DNA of 64,000 nt from Octopus sinensis. Lineage: Eukaryota. The notes beneath the pieces were generated by a model, which made no database searches, was not told the origin of the DNA, and was given only the letters and a program-made list of their open reading frames with translations. Shown piece by piece: positions 38,022-52,254 of the stretch (position 1 is its first letter; each line of letters starts with the position of its first letter). The translations under genes were made by a program, and so were the position numbers. The stretch lies in NCBI RefSeq assembly GCF_006345805.1, contig NC_043002.1, positions 70,928,001-70,992,000 on the forward strand, read 5' to 3'.

Positions 38022-38474
38022 TGTATATATATATATATATATATATTAATGTATGTATATGTATGTATATATGTATATGGGTATATATGTATATTAATAC
38101 GTATGTATATCGTCGTACATATTAATACATGCTTATATATATATATATATATATACAAATACAACTAATCACCATTATCACAAACTAGTCACAAATGCAA
38201 CTAATCGCCAATTACGAAATCACTATTATAGAAAATTGAGAACATCGTGCGATTGTCTAAACAATTGATTTACTACAAAAATTACTTTAAATTATCATTA
38301 AAATAAAATACGTTTTCCCTGATACGTGAGAAAAATAATGATTTATTTTTCTAATTTCGAAATTACTAATATAGTAAAAGCTATTACTTTGCTTTGAAAT
38401 AAAACACTAATGGACATAGTGAAACCCCCAACCTCCCAATGTATACATACATATATGCATGCAACATATATGCA

Positions 38475-38529
<55 letters not shown>

Positions 38530-38946
38530 GTGTGTGTGTGTACGTATATAAGTGTATTTGTGTGTGTATGTCAGTGTCGTTGTTTTGTGTTGAAGTAAGT
38601 GTTTCCGATGTGTATTGAAAATTTTTTCCAATACATATCAACATATCTCATGTCTACGTTAATTATCTACGTTATTTAATCCATTTATATAAATATAACC
38701 GATGCTTCTCCGGTAATGTATTGGATGTGATATCGTCGACATCGATGATAATACAACACACACTGCTACGAAAGTTGATGACCAACGATGGAAATGGATG
38801 AAGATACGGAGTAGGATGTCAGTAGTGGTGGTGGTCATGGTGCTAGTGTTCATGGTGATGATGATGATGATGACGATGATGATGATGATGGCGTTGACAT
38901 TTCTATTTTTATGCTTCAACAATGCCTCTAATTTATAAGAGGAATA

Positions 38947-39343
38947 AGGCGTCGAGCTGGCAGAAACGTTAACATGCCGGGCGAAATGCTTAGCGGTGTT
39001 TCGTCTGCCGCTACGTTCCGAGTTCAAGTTGCGCTGAGGTCGACTTTGACTTTTATCCATTCGGGGTCGATTAAATAAGTACCAGTTACTCACTGGGGTC
39101 GATATAATCCACTTAATCCGTTTGTCTGGCCTTGTTTGTCCTCTCTGTGTTAGCCCCTTGTGGGTAGTAAAGAAATAGGTATTTCGTTTGCCGTTACATT
39201 CTGATTTCAAATTCCGTCGAGGTAGACTTTGCTTTTCATCCTTTCGGGGTCGATAAGTTAGGTACCAGTTGTGTACAGGGGTCGGTCTAATCGACTGGCT
39301 CCCCTCCCCCAAAATTTCGGGCTTTGTGCCTAGAGTAGAAAAG
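38947..39343 (+). mobile_element. Dimeric family A SINE with 17-bp target-site duplication
   Basis: AATTTATAAGAGGAATA at 38930-38946 and 39344-39360 flanks head-body-tail1-body-tail2. Confidence 0.92.
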
Positions 39344-40053
39344 AATTTATAAGAGGAATAGTACAAGTGCTCTCGCGTTTTATGTTGCTGATCTGTTTAT
39401 TTTCATCGAGATGTAGACTGTGATTGCCCTCAGCAGACACTGTACACAGAACTGTTTGTGAGAACGAATGAATTCTCATGTTGTGAGGAGAACTCTCCTT
39501 TAGTTTGGAAGTGAAAAGTTATCTAATTGATGAACAACGGGAAAAAGCACTTTATCTCTGTCAAAACGAGAGGCCATCTCTGAGCGATGAGATTCTCGTC
39601 TCTTCAAGTAGCATACGTTATTATTCATACTTAAGTATTTTACAGAAAGTCATTTGGTTTCTTTTTCTGTATGGTTTGTATTGTTTAATTGCGGTTTTCT
39701 CGTTTTTAACCAGGTGGTTTATGGAGAACTTTAATGAAGCTGCAATGACAGATTTTCCTTTAGAAATTCAATTCTAAACTTTTCTTAATCATGACAGGAT
39801 TTTTTTTTTTTATCGCAAATTGCTTGGTATTTAAATAACCATCACTTTATATGCACATATTCACATACGCACAAACGCAAACACACATACACACACACAC
39901 ACGCGCGCAGACACGCACGCACGTGCGCGCAAACACACACGCGCGCGCACAGTCACACGTCTACCTGTGTGTGTTTTTATTTATATGCAAAAATATATAC
40001 TTGCAAGTATAACAATATATATGTACATGTATATATATGTGTGTGTATGTATG

Positions 40054-40117
<64 letters not shown>

Positions 40118-40379
40118 TATGTGTGTGTGTGTGTGTGTGTTTGTATGTGTATACATATAGAAAGATAGATAGAGAGAGAGAGAGTAAGGAGCAGATAGAA
40201 GGCGACAAGCGTTGTGTGTACGTAAGCAGGGGGTGTATTAAATATATAATATGTACACACTTGTGCACATACATAAAACTCTTCCTACCACTATTGCAAT
40301 GGCCACCAGTTTTGTCTATTCTATACTTATAGCTCACACTCCACTCAGTTATGATCTTGTCTTGATTCTGAATAGCTAA

Positions 40380-40700
40380 ACTGGTACTCTATAGGTTACA
40401 ACGACGGCGAGTAATCTAGTCTATCCCATCAACAGAACAGCCAGCTCGTGAAATGAATGTGCAAGTGGCTGAGTACTCCACAGTTAAATGCACCCTTAAT
40501 GTAGTACTCAGGGAGATTCAGTATGATACAGAATGTGATAATTCTGGCCCTTTGAAATACAAGTACAACTCATTTTTGCCTGTTAAGTGGACAGCAACAA
40601 TGTGAATTAAAAATCTAATTCAAGGACAAATTGCACCGTTAGTTATGGAACGCACGACCTTATAATAGTGAGCGGAATAACCTAACCACTAAGTAACGAG
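40380..40700 (-). mobile_element. Old SINE sharing its 3' half with family C2
   Basis: GTGCAAGTGGCTGAGTACTCCACAG and CCCTTTGAAATACAAGTAC are reverse complements of 31850-31960; the head and middle differ. Confidence 0.7.
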
Positions 40701-40779
40701 TCATAGCTCTGAATAGTGTTCCTACAAAAACATCATATTTTGTTTCGTTCTGGCATGTTGAACTCTCTGTATCATTCTT

Positions 40780-41012
40780 ATTTCTTTATTGCCCACAAGG
40801 GGCTAAACACAGAAAGGACAAACAAGTACAGACAGACGAATTAAGTCGATTATATTGACCCCAGTGCGTAGTTGGTACTTAATTTATTGTCCCCGAGAGG
40901 ATGAAGGGCAAAGTCGACCTCGGCGGAATTTGAACTCAGAACGTAAAGCCAGACGAAATAGCTCTAAGCATTTCGCCCGGCGTGCTAACGTTTCTGCCAG
41001 CTCGCCGCCTTT
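40780..41012 (-). mobile_element. Family A SINE with 10-bp TSD
   Basis: TATCATTCTT at 40770-40779 and 41013-41022; full-length body. Confidence 0.9.
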
Positions 41013-41093
41013 TATCATTCTTGCTTTATTAGTCAGACTTTAGATGGGACCGACATACACCACCCAACAGTTAGCATCTACTCTTCTTCATCT

Positions 41094-41310
41094 AAAGGCG
41101 GTGATCTGGAAGAAGCGTTACTCCATCAAACAACATATTTGGTAGCATTTCGTCTGTCTTTACCATCTCAGTTTACATTCTGTCAAGGCTGAGCTTGCCC
41201 TTCATCCATTCAGGGTCGATTAAATTAGTACCTGTTGAAAACTGGTGACGACGTAATCGAATATACACTCTCGCAGAAAGTTCAGGATTTGTGCCTATAG
41301 TAGAAATGAT
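41094..41310 (+). mobile_element. Degenerate family A SINE
   Basis: AAAGGCGGTGATCTGG head; CCCTTCATCCATTCAGGGTCGATTAAATTAGTACC core. Confidence 0.7.
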
Positions 41311-41475
41311 TATTTCTTCAAGTCTGTATGATAGTTTCGTTATATCTCCACCCAATTCATTTCCACACAAAATCACCCTGCTATTTCATACCAAAATTCC
41401 ACGCAATACTTTATTTTCAAAATCTTTAAATCGTTTAGCTCAAGTTTTAGTTCGGCTCTTCTAAGTATTATAACA

Positions 41476-41808
41476 TCTATTATATAAAATCCGTTCCGTC
41501 TGTCTGTGTGTTTGTCTTCTAGGATCTCGGGCATCCTCCATCCGATTGCACACTCAAATTTGATATGTAGATACCGACGGTATCAGGGCGTGTATAAGTC
41601 TTGAAAAATATTAAACATTCGATTCCAGGTGAGAATGCGATCGATAAAGCCGTGGGAACGTGCATTTGTACGCGCAAGTACATCAGTCGAAATCCGTCTT
41701 TTGGTGGTGTCTCAAATTTAGGTTAAATCAATGTTTCTCACAGGGGAGGCCTATGGGACAGTCAGACAAGTTGTTTTGAAAAAATTTGGACGAGGGGCAT
41801 TTTGCTCG
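41476..41808 (+). mobile_element. Non-autonomous Helitron-like element, copy 2
   Basis: Direct repeat of 37681-38021 with the same A|TC and CTCG|T boundaries. Confidence 0.7.
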
Positions 41809-42299
41809 TTTCTTAATAATGACGTACATAGTTTAGATTTTCGTATGTATCACCAAAGTGATTCTAAATCATTTTAACTCACTCCTGTCACTCCATTTCT
41901 AAATATCCAATACTTTCAATAAACAGATCCAAAATATTCAAAGAAATTTAATTCTTATTCTTTCGGACCATTCCATGTCACAATTCTTCTATCTAAGGAT
42001 TGGTTTTCTTAGCTTAAATTTTATTTGATCCTTGTTTAATCTTTATCTTGAAGTTCACATCGCAGTTCATTTCTGAGACATGTATATAATCTTTTTAATT
42101 CTGAATGTTTCACTTCACATCAAAACAACGACATCCACTATGACTCAAATCCACCAAATATTTTCGCAAATCCGTTTTGTTTCTTTTCTTCCATCTCCAA
42201 CTTTTTTCTTTCGTGGCGTGACTCTTTAGAATAAGACAGCTGGTCGTCCATGTTTATTCAACATTCACGTTCAATGTTATATGGCATTCATTAGATTGA

Positions 42300-43390
42300 T
42301 GTAAAATTTACCGGCAAATCACAATGACGAAATACATTGGAAAATCTTATGTAAATGATCAAAAACCTTTACAATGTTTACAAGAGCCATTATCAAAAGC
42401 TGCCTGCAGTCAGCATGCTTTCGTACACTACGCCTGGGAAAAAGAGCATTATCATGGTCACCAGATGTTTGATTATTCATTCCTTAATATACTATTCTAT
42501 GTATTTCATATATTACACAACAGCATCCAATTTCTCGCATATTTTTGGAGCATTTCTGCAGAAATTGTTGCTAATCTAGGAGCCTTTCAGTTTCTAATAA
42601 CCAAGTGTTTGTTCCTTGAACACATTTTTTTCCTATATCCCTCAATTGTTCACGAATTATCAGCGTTTCTCCTTATTAAACGCATTCCTTACGACTGTAT
42701 TCAAATGTCCATTCCATTTTACTTGAGGGTTCACTTCAGAGGCAATTCCTTCCCCTACCAGTGTCATTCTGATTCCTTCATTTTTCACTATATTTTCATT
42801 CAAACGGCGGTGCATCAGCATGGCCGCAGCTCTGTGCTGAAACTACAGAAAAATATTCATTATTTTATAAGTATTTATGATTCTCTTACTAGTTCTTGCA
42901 TTTAGTTATTTATTTTCCTTAATACCTTTCAACTCAAAGGATTCTTCCACATTCTTTACTGAATCCCTTTTCCACGGATCTGTTGAGTCCCACTTTAGAG
43001 ACTACTCCCCTCCCTCTCAACTATTTCACAATGCATTTTTGCTCTGTTTGCTAAATTAATTCTCATATTTCATCTAAAATTCATTTCTCTTTCCTTTTCG
43101 GTTATCTTTATTCGGCCTGGAACAATTTTGGATATATTCTGCAATACTTGATGTTCATTCCTCTACGAGCCGTCCATGTCTGCATTTTCATCTATAGCTT
43201 AAAGCAGTAGAAATCGATTCCGACATTCAATTACAAATTCATCATTAAATCTATAACCCTTCAACTTTTATGTATCAAAACTGGTAATCTCTTCTTTCTA
43301 TATTTAGCCTTCAGCTTTAACTGAAACATCCCTATTGATAAATGATAGTTGCTTTCAATATCCGTGCCTTGCTATGTTCTAACGTCAAAG
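42300..43390 (-). pseudogene. Highly decayed RTE-like LINE ORF (endonuclease end to RT start)
   Basis: Pieced translation DVRT*QGTDIESNYHL..QLKLK, FDT*KLK..FVIECRNRF, KAPRLATISAEMLQK, KGFD. Confidence 0.65.
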
Positions 43391-45974
43391 GGCTATTTTC
43401 TAAGTAACCAATTTAAAAGTAGTAATACATGCATACACACATACATATATACATACATACATACATACATACATACATAAATGCATAAATACATACTTGA
43501 AGACGTATGTGCGTACATACATACATATATTCGTTCATACATACGAACGTACGGACGTACATACATATATACATTCATACGTATATACAAGCATATATGT
43601 ACATATGCATGAGTATGTATCTCTATGTGTTTGTGCTTACGTGTGTGTGTGCGTGTGTAAGTGCGTGCGTTTGTGATTGTGCGTGCGTGTGTGTGTGTGT
43701 GTGGTGTGTGTGTGCATGTAAAGACATTAAAGCATTATATTAGTTGTTTCGTTAGTTTCGTCGATGATTCATACAGAATAACTCCGCAGCAGAAAGACAT
43801 TTGAAATAATGGAAGGATAAGGTCACTGCAAATTCAAAATTGATAACACTTTCAATTTTTGCCTGTATACACACACACACACACATACACACACACACAT
43901 ATATATATTAATATATGTGTGCTTGTGTGTATATATATATATGTGTGTGTGTGTGTGTATGCATGTATATAAATATATATATACGTGTGTATATAAATGA
44001 ATATATATGCATATGTACATTCATATATATGTCTATGTGTATCTAATTATATATATATATATATATATATAATTAGATACACACTTATTTATATATATAT
44101 ATATATATACACATATATGCATCTATATATGAATATATATATGATATATGAATACACACACATATATATATGTATATATATATATATATATATAAGTGCG
44201 TATTCATTTCCCCGATCAGCAATGCACACGCTCTTCTAAATATACTGAAAAATTAACTTGAGCAACCATCGACCTGTAACCCTTGAAAATATTTATAGAA
44301 CACTAAAGTGATTTCCTGGATATTAACTATGAATGTGAAGAAGTTTAATTATCTGCCTTCCGTCTCGTGTCTTTTAATTTTATATATCTCTTATTCTCTC
44401 TATGATCCTTCTTTGCTCATAGGTGCTTTGTCACTATTGTATGTGTCTCTGTGTCTCTGTCTGTCTCTCTATTCCACCACTTGCTCTCTCTTCCTCTCTC
44501 CCCACTTTGTCTTCTGTCTAACCCTTTCTCTCATGCTGATACTTGATACCTGTCTTTGGCTGATCGCAGTTGGTATTATCTCTATTGGAACGCTTTTCTT
44601 CACATTAGGTCATGTGAACTGGGAACAATCTCCGGCAGATGCTTCCGTTTCCTATATTTCATGAGACACTGAAACCACATGCATTTCCAAACCAGATTCT
44701 ACCTATCATCTCCTAATCGCCTGTTCATACATCCGGTCGTCCCCACAAGCACCCCTTCCCTCGCTCCATACACATTGATCATCTCTGTTGCATAGGTTAA
44801 TATTCACACTTAAAATGCTGTGTGACAATAGTAACTGCTACATTCCACTCTCCTCTGCATTTACCTCTCACATCTGGATATCATCAACGAGGAATTCTAG
44901 TTGTTATGATTCAAAGTACCACTCTTCTATAAGTCTATAAAAATACATTTTCTTTCCTCTAATACCAAACAGCATTCCCTACACAGATTGATATTTTAGA
45001 ACTGAAAACAACATCCTCCATGACTTCAGTTCTCTCAACAGTTTTTTTCTCTAACTTAAACATATTGTACACAGACCCTGCCAGTGTAGAAATTTGCAGT
45101 GCTCACCTCCTTACACCAGTAAGTTTCATTGCTAGCATACAGACATGCTAGACACTACTTATCTCTTTCTGACTTCAAATCCTAACTTCTAACAAACTAT
45201 CAGTGTTTCTTCACCTCTCGTTTTCTCCAACCACTTCATAAACGCAACTTTAAATCACACGCATATTCTTGTTAACGTCTCCTACTTTCGGGAACACATG
45301 GCCTTCAATAATCGAAACTGAAGCATTTCAGTGCTATCAATCTCCAGAAGCTTGACACCTCATGTGCTTCACTCCTTAACCATCATTGAAAGGTAGGCTG
45401 CTGACTGAAAAAATCCTCTTAGGCATTTCAAACAAACCAGGACTGCAATTCTGTTAAGTGGCTTCCTCATAACGTCGGTACATTAGTTCAAGGAACCTGG
45501 CCTGCCATGCTTCTAGAAAAGCATTTTCCCCTATAGATGGATAAGTTTTGTCTATCTGAACCACTCTTGCAACTCAGAAACCGCAAGCAATCTCGACTCT
45601 CAAAAGACGAGTGATTCTTTAATTTCCTATCGAAAGGAGCATTTCAAGTTCTTAAAATTTCTCCTTTCTTCCCCTTCTCTATCATGATACCAGTATATGC
45701 AGTATTCCCTTGCAGAATGTCCATATATGTAGATATTCTGAAATTATATATACGCGTTACATACTACCTAGAAGGTACACAATGTGACTCAATACAGAAA
45801 AATAGCAAAAGCGAACACATCGACATTTGTGCCACTAACGAACAACCCAAATTCAGAATTTTTCCCCTCTATAATTCCAGGGACAATGCAACCTGCGTAT
45901 TAACAAACACTCATATTTTATCGCAGAACCCCTTTCTTCAATGCTTCCACTTCCAATACAGATGACTCTACTAC

Positions 45975-46023
45975 CAAGATCTTAGAATATACAAGATCTT
46001 AGAATATACAAGATCTTAGAATA
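45975..46023. repeat. 17-bp tandem repeat, ~3 copies
   Basis: CAAGATCTTAGAATATA at 45975, 45992 and 46009. Confidence 0.95.
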
Positions 46024-46840
46024 ATACCCACGCAAATATTAAAACGATCTTTTTCAGAATAGTCGCTACCCATGAATATATTTAGAACAATTCCAGTCAC
46101 TACTGCTACAACGACAACAGGTCACTTTTAGGTTACTTGACCATTATAGAAGATTCCACGAATAGTCTACTACTGTCATACCACTCACATCTTCTTCTTC
46201 TTCTTCTTCTTCTTCTTCTTCTTCTTCTTCTTCTTCTTCTTCTTCTTCTTCTTCTTCTTCTTTTTCTTCTTCTTCTTCTTTTTCATCTTCTTCTTCTCCT
46301 TCTTCTTCTTCACCGTCTCCTTCCTCAGCGGCTGCTGCCTCTGCTGCCTACGCAATCAAAATCCAAAACCAACATTTGTCTGCACCCATATTAACTATTT
46401 CTTTAGAACTGATACTACCGACTCACCTTCACAAAAGTAAAAGAAAGAGAGACAAAGAAAAGGAAAATGCGCTACCGATTTGAAGACTATGGAAATATTT
46501 AAGAAAACATTTCTTTTCATTTTTCTTCAATTTAATTGACTTCTTGCTTCACTCTAAGTCGAAAAAGTCTAAAAGCCTGAAACCGGTACTAAAATGTTCT
46601 TCTAGATAAAACCATTTAGCATTTTCTACATTGTCTTATTTTCTTTATACATATAAACTCGTGTGTTGCTTTTCAACAATACGCGATTGCTATGAACATT
46701 TTTACTCCCTTACTTTTTACTTCCTCCCCTTCGATTTTTCCCTTATTGAACGGTCATTCTAATAGCTCTTTTGTCTTAATAATGGTTAATTACAAAGTAA
46801 TTTCCCTTTGTTTAACGGTCATTTTCATAGCATATTTCGA

Positions 46841-46915
46841 TTGCCTCGATAACTGAAGAGATGCCTGTGCAGATTTCCGCCCCGACATCCGAAACTCGGA
46901 GTTTTATTATGGCAA
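46841..46915 (+). ncRNA. Type-I hammerhead motif
   Basis: TTGCC.. ATAA CTGAAGA GATG-[22 nt]-CATC C GAAA CTC-G-GAG TT TTAT ..GGCAA. Confidence 0.65.
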
Positions 46916-47010
46916 CCGAATTATTGTCAAATATTAAATTACAGACACACACACACACACACACCACACACACACACACACACACATATTATATATATAT
47001 ATATATATAG

Positions 47011-47045
<35 letters not shown>

Positions 47046-47054
47046 ATATATATA

Positions 47055-47124
<70 letters not shown>

Positions 47125-47499
47125 GTGTGTATAAACAATGTTTGGCATACGGATATATTTGATCTTAATTAAGATGTATTCTAGCAAACTTAAAGCAGGA
47201 TTAAACTGATTAGAAATGTATCATAAAAATACCGGATACATGAGCTAGTGGGATGTCTTCCGTTGATGTTCGTTTGGCCTCCTAGACATAGCAACCCATT
47301 TACTTTAGCTCTTGCCTTACACTTTAAAAAGTGAAAGACCTTGAGCAATGTGGTCCTTAATAAGCGAAAGGAAACTCTGATTGCAAATAACTGGTTATAG
47401 ATGGTCGTATCGCTGACTTTGGGAGAAAGAACGATATATATTAGATGTTGTAAATGAATTAAAAGGAGATCCTAGACCTTTCAGACGCTTGAAACATAT

Positions 47500-47535
47500 A
47501 AGTGTGAATGACTACTTGATTAGTCATTCACACTT
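47500..47535. other. Perfect 15-bp hairpin
   Basis: AAGTGTGAATGACTA CTTGAT TAGTCATTCACACTT. Confidence 0.9.
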
Positions 47536-49060
47536 CGTGATTACAAGAAGCAATGTACGAACATTTAACCTCATATTGTTTAGATACATTAACACTTGGA
47601 AATTTATAACGGAGAAAGAAGCAACGACAGACTTGTATAAATTGAAATAAGCGATGATTGACTCCTCTCGTTATAAAAATAAAATTGCCGAAAGAGAATA
47701 ATAATTATATTACAGTCTGGTACAAGGGTTTAAATGACTTCAGTTCTGCTGAGTCTGTTGATGTGTCTGTGGTCTGATGTCTGTTGCATTAACGATGAAA
47801 ACTGGAGGAGTCTGTTGGAAGAAAGCTGTGTGACAGGCTGGTGTCTGGTTCATCGACGCTGATCCAAAGAGACGTGTTGTGTGATCAATGGTTCTACCCA
47901 AGACAAAGCGAGGCAGAATACAAGAGTTTTTACATCACTGGATAGGCTCCAGAGACAAAGTGGTCTTTTCCGCGTTGAAAATAATGAAAACACGCTATTA
48001 GACAGTTAGTAGCCGAGTAATAATGCAACTAGTTTGGCAAGTCACTAAATCATGTAACTCGATAGAAAGAGGTCTGGTGAGCCCATTCTACTATATTTAA
48101 GCTTAAACAACCACACATATAAAATCATTACACACTTCTGCTACAACTATTTAAAAGCACTAAATATTACTCTGCTGTTCATAGTCTGATTCTCTTCTCT
48201 CAAACCTATCAAATACAATAAGGGAATGGCGATGCAAATACTGATTAAATTAGCAGCTAACGAAGCTTCTATTTAAACTCATCATCTTCATTCGTGATGT
48301 GTATTAGTTTCATGAATTTTTAATATATGAGCGAAATCATTCGTTTCATATAGAATAATAAACCAGAAATGCCTCAGACCTACTAATTGTTCAAACAGAC
48401 CTATTAATTGTACATTCGAATGCATTTAACCATTTGGTTCTGGGTCTGAATTATTAATGTTCCATATTTTCACTCAAGGAGAAATATTCAATATAAAGTT
48501 ATTACATGTTCGATCAGTGACTACGGTCATCACGCTTTTACTTCGTTAATATGAAGACAGAGGAGAGTGACAATAGCCTTTTAGACTGTCTTTAGAATAT
48601 TAGGGACTATCATGTAGTCAATAGTGTTATGTTGAGCAGACTGCAGCCGAATTCTGATTTTCTGAAGGAAAACTTGAAAGTAAAGTTTAGAACTAAGGGG
48701 TAAGAGAATGAAGGAAAAGGGGAAGAGGATGAAATTCATTAGAATATGTTTAATTGTAGATAGTGAAGGTCAATATTTTATAACAAAATAGCCAGTTCTG
48801 TTTCTCAAATATACAATGAAAATAATATGAAGGAAGGAAATTAGGATTATTTGTTAAATTTATAATTCGCAATTACGTTACAACAGTGTAGCACACCTGC
48901 ATATACATATACAAATACAAACATGTATACACGTATATGTATGTCTAGAAATATACATGCCTATATATATATGGCGGTTTTTCTGACTATTTATTAAATT
49001 TTATGTATTGATTAAGTCTTTCCTTGTTTGTTTTGCAAAATAGTGGTTTTGTCTCAAATA

Positions 49061-49108
<48 letters not shown>

Positions 49109-49109
<1 letters not shown>

Positions 49110-49407
49110 TAGCAGTATCACCCGGCGTTGCTCGGGTTTGTGAGGGAAATAACTATATAACCATTTTTAGAGAGTTACTTCCCTTATATAATAGCAAACA
49201 AATGCATTAAAAATGGGAAAAAATGATGGTAAATTGTTTTCTATATCGTAGACTCATCGTAGACGCGCGCTAATACCCAGAAGGGCTCGATATGAATCAC
49301 GACTATAAGATACCCGCTTTTGGTTAAACTGCACCGCAAAATGTGGGAGTAGTTAGGAATCTAAATCGTAGGAGACAGGCACACAACTTCACTTTTATAT
49401 ATAAAGA
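49109..49407 (-). mobile_element. Non-autonomous Helitron
   Basis: Minus strand A|TCTTTATATATAAAAG...ACCCGAGCAACGCCGGGT (hairpin) GATACTG CTAG|T; inserted in (TA)n without a TSD. Confidence 0.88.
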
Positions 49408-49432
49408 TATATATATATACATATATATATAC

Positions 49433-49496
<64 letters not shown>

Positions 49497-49775
49497 ATGT
49501 ATATATGTATGTATGTATATATACAATTATTGAGACAGTGTAAGGTACATATGTAATAGGGACGTATAAGAGACTTTGATGTAATTGTTATTTTTTCTTA
49601 TGGTAGCCTGTCCACTTTTTGTTCTCTTTTTCTTCTACCTGCTGCGAACGGCGTGTAGTTTACAAATTTCCTACACTCGAATCTCTAGATTTTATCCTTG
49701 TACACACATATATACATACATCCATACATCCATCCATACATACATATATACATACATACATACATATATATACAT

Positions 49776-49859
<84 letters not shown>

Positions 49860-49860
<1 letters not shown>

Positions 49861-50334
49861 AATATAGCCGGAATACACAAGCCCGAATACTCTCTTCAAC
49901 ACAGAAGCCGACAGTAAAAAATGTGGATATGCGATTATCTAATTGAGGGATCAGAGTTTTCCTTCAAACAGGGACAACGGTTTACAGTGAAAAGCAACTT
50001 CACATGTGCTTCGGAGAATCTGATATACACACTAACCTACTCTGGGTGTCAAGAGCAGTACATAGGCCAAACAAAAAATAGTTTGCGTAAAAAAATGGCC
50101 CTGCACAGATCCCAGATAAAACTTCTCCAAAACAGAAAAATAACATTCAGGCAACACATAGATACTTGCTCCAACAACAAAACACCAAACTTCAGGATTT
50201 TCCCCCTCTACCAATTCAGGGACGATACAACCTCGAACCAACGAATAAGTAAAGAAACTCTCTTTACAACAAAATATAAACCTCTTCTGAACGGGTCTAT
50301 GACAAACGAAATATACACCTCGGCTTTAGAATAA
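49860..50334 (+). pseudogene. PLE GIY-YIG endonuclease fragment (5'-truncated element)
   Basis: ORF 49921-50334: NFTCASENLIYTLTYSGCQEQYIGQTKNSLRKKMALH...HIDTC...KE...KYKPLLN; begins directly after (TA)n with no RT upstream. Confidence 0.88.
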
Positions 50335-52119
50335 CACAAATCCACATGCAAATATTACATTCCTAAGAATCCATTACAAATCAGCCCCAATCACAGCTAT
50401 AACCCACAACGTGCCAACTTTAAGTCATACAACACCTCACTACTTCCATTCATTCATATTCTCCCTCCTCTTTCTTCTTCTTCTTCTTCTTCTTCTTCTT
50501 CTTCTTCTTCTTCTTCTTTTCTTCTTCTTCTTCTTCTTTTCTTCTTCTTCTTCTTCTTCTTCTTCTTCTTCTTCTTCCCCCTCTTCATCATCTATATACA
50601 CACACATGCAGAGTAAGAGAGAGAGAGAGATAGGAAAACAGAGAGAGAGAGAGAGACGCGTGGCGCAGTGACTGGGTGTGTTGCACCCACGATCGATATA
50701 TCATGTTTTCGATTCCCACGGATGTGATTTTCAATGACGTATTCGCAATGAGAATAGTACATAAGAGGCTGTTTTTATTTAATGCTGCTTCTAGTGCAAA
50801 TAATGAATTTTTTTTTCAGCTGGGCGGCTGCACCCAATACCATTCAATACTTATTCACTAATTCTTACACACCGAATGGTATAAAACTATGTTTAACCAT
50901 GTGATTATACACCAGTGACCTAGCGAAATGAGGCTAAAAGGCATTAGCTGTTGTCCAGACGATTTCTGCCCCGCCCGTCCGATATATGTTGTGTTTTGAA
51001 TGTACACAATGTGTATAAAAGAGATATGTTCTCCGGACGATTAATAGAGCAAATTTTCTTCCAGCAACGTGTTTACATGAAATAGTTCATATTGATGGTT
51101 ATTTCATTTCCATATTGCATCTAATACCTCTGACGGATACATAAATATATATTTTTATACTTACAACAACTGTTTAAGTAAATTATATCGTAATGTCGTA
51201 GTAGAGAATACAGTAGAAAATTTCTCACATTCCTTCCACATTAAAATAAATATCTTAAATGTTTTAAGATATGTTTTAATAATTGCTGCAACGTTCATAC
51301 AGTCACCACGGGCGTAAGAAAAATAGGCCATATACGTTGCTTTTTGAAAGCTTGCTACAAACTCTCCAAAGATCTTATTCAGCTTTCTTGTAAGATTAAA
51401 TTTGCTCCAAAAATAATTAAAGACAAACGCCTGTGACGAATAATATAATACACAGATCTGTATGAAAAACTAAGTGACATGTAAGTTTTGTGTGTGTATT
51501 GAAAGTTTCCACGAAAACAAATTGATCAATGTGCACCATTGCACATTACTTCTAAGAAAAATCAAGATCACAGGCACATATAATATTCATCAAAAAGACA
51601 TCATGCCTTTTGATAGCGTATATGACACAAGGTTCACAGAGAAGTACATCATTTCTTTATAACTGGGCAATGTACATTTTATCACTTGGATTAAATCATG
51701 TGTTTGGGTGTGTATGTATGTAAGTGAGCAGGAATGTGTGTAAGCTAATATATATGCACACACAGCTATCGATCTTTTCCGCCCAAGAACTTTTTACCTC
51801 AATATTTACACATTATTATCTTTTTTTATCTGCTTCGAATTTTACTGTTAAAGACTACATACAGAGAAGAGTGGAGCCGTTTTGGTTCCTGACTTCGAAA
51901 TTGCAATATAGAACTAACCATCTATTTAAGTTTTGAATTTCATACCATGAAGCCCGCCGACAGCTTTATTGTGAAGAGATATATTATAAATAGTTATAGT
52001 AGATTTATAGCGGTATTGACTGCTATTTCTAGACATTTAAAGGCTTTTGCAACCCTCTCCGTTATAATTGTGATTTATTCACAATTGTACACACGCACAC
52101 ACACACACTCACACACACA

Positions 52120-52174
<55 letters not shown>

Positions 52175-52212
52175 CACACACACACACACCACACACACAC
52201 ACACACACACAC

Positions 52213-52254
<42 letters not shown>

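Larger units (their letters stand above)
44560..46940 (+). mobile_element. Decayed PLE debris: GIY-YIG fragment, (CTT)n tract, terminal repeats
   Basis: SEHIDICATNEQPKFRIFPLYNSRD (~45810-45885) is homologous to RQHIDTCSNNKTPNFRIFPLYQFRD at 50150; followed by (CTT)n as at 50471; the left boundary is uncertain. Confidence 0.55.

Noticed and set aside
38659-39366. Longest ORF in the track (235 aa)
   Set aside because: Antisense read-through of a SINE dimer plus a (GAT)n tract; the same peptide recurs at other SINE copies.
42324-42905. 193-aa plus-strand ORF
   Set aside because: Lies antisense to a decayed RTE LINE and shows no recognisable domain.
45975-46023. Short direct repeats as a CRISPR-like array
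   Set aside because: Contiguous 17-bp tandem without spacers in eukaryotic DNA.
46137-46394. Poly-Leu or poly-Ser 'membrane protein' ORFs (also 50411-50671)
   Set aside because: (CTT)n tracts in the 3' region of PLE remnants.
47790-47990. LCDRLVSGF..D..KRR resembling a Gypsy gag motif
   Set aside because: Too short, interrupted by stops, and no LTR or pol sequence nearby.
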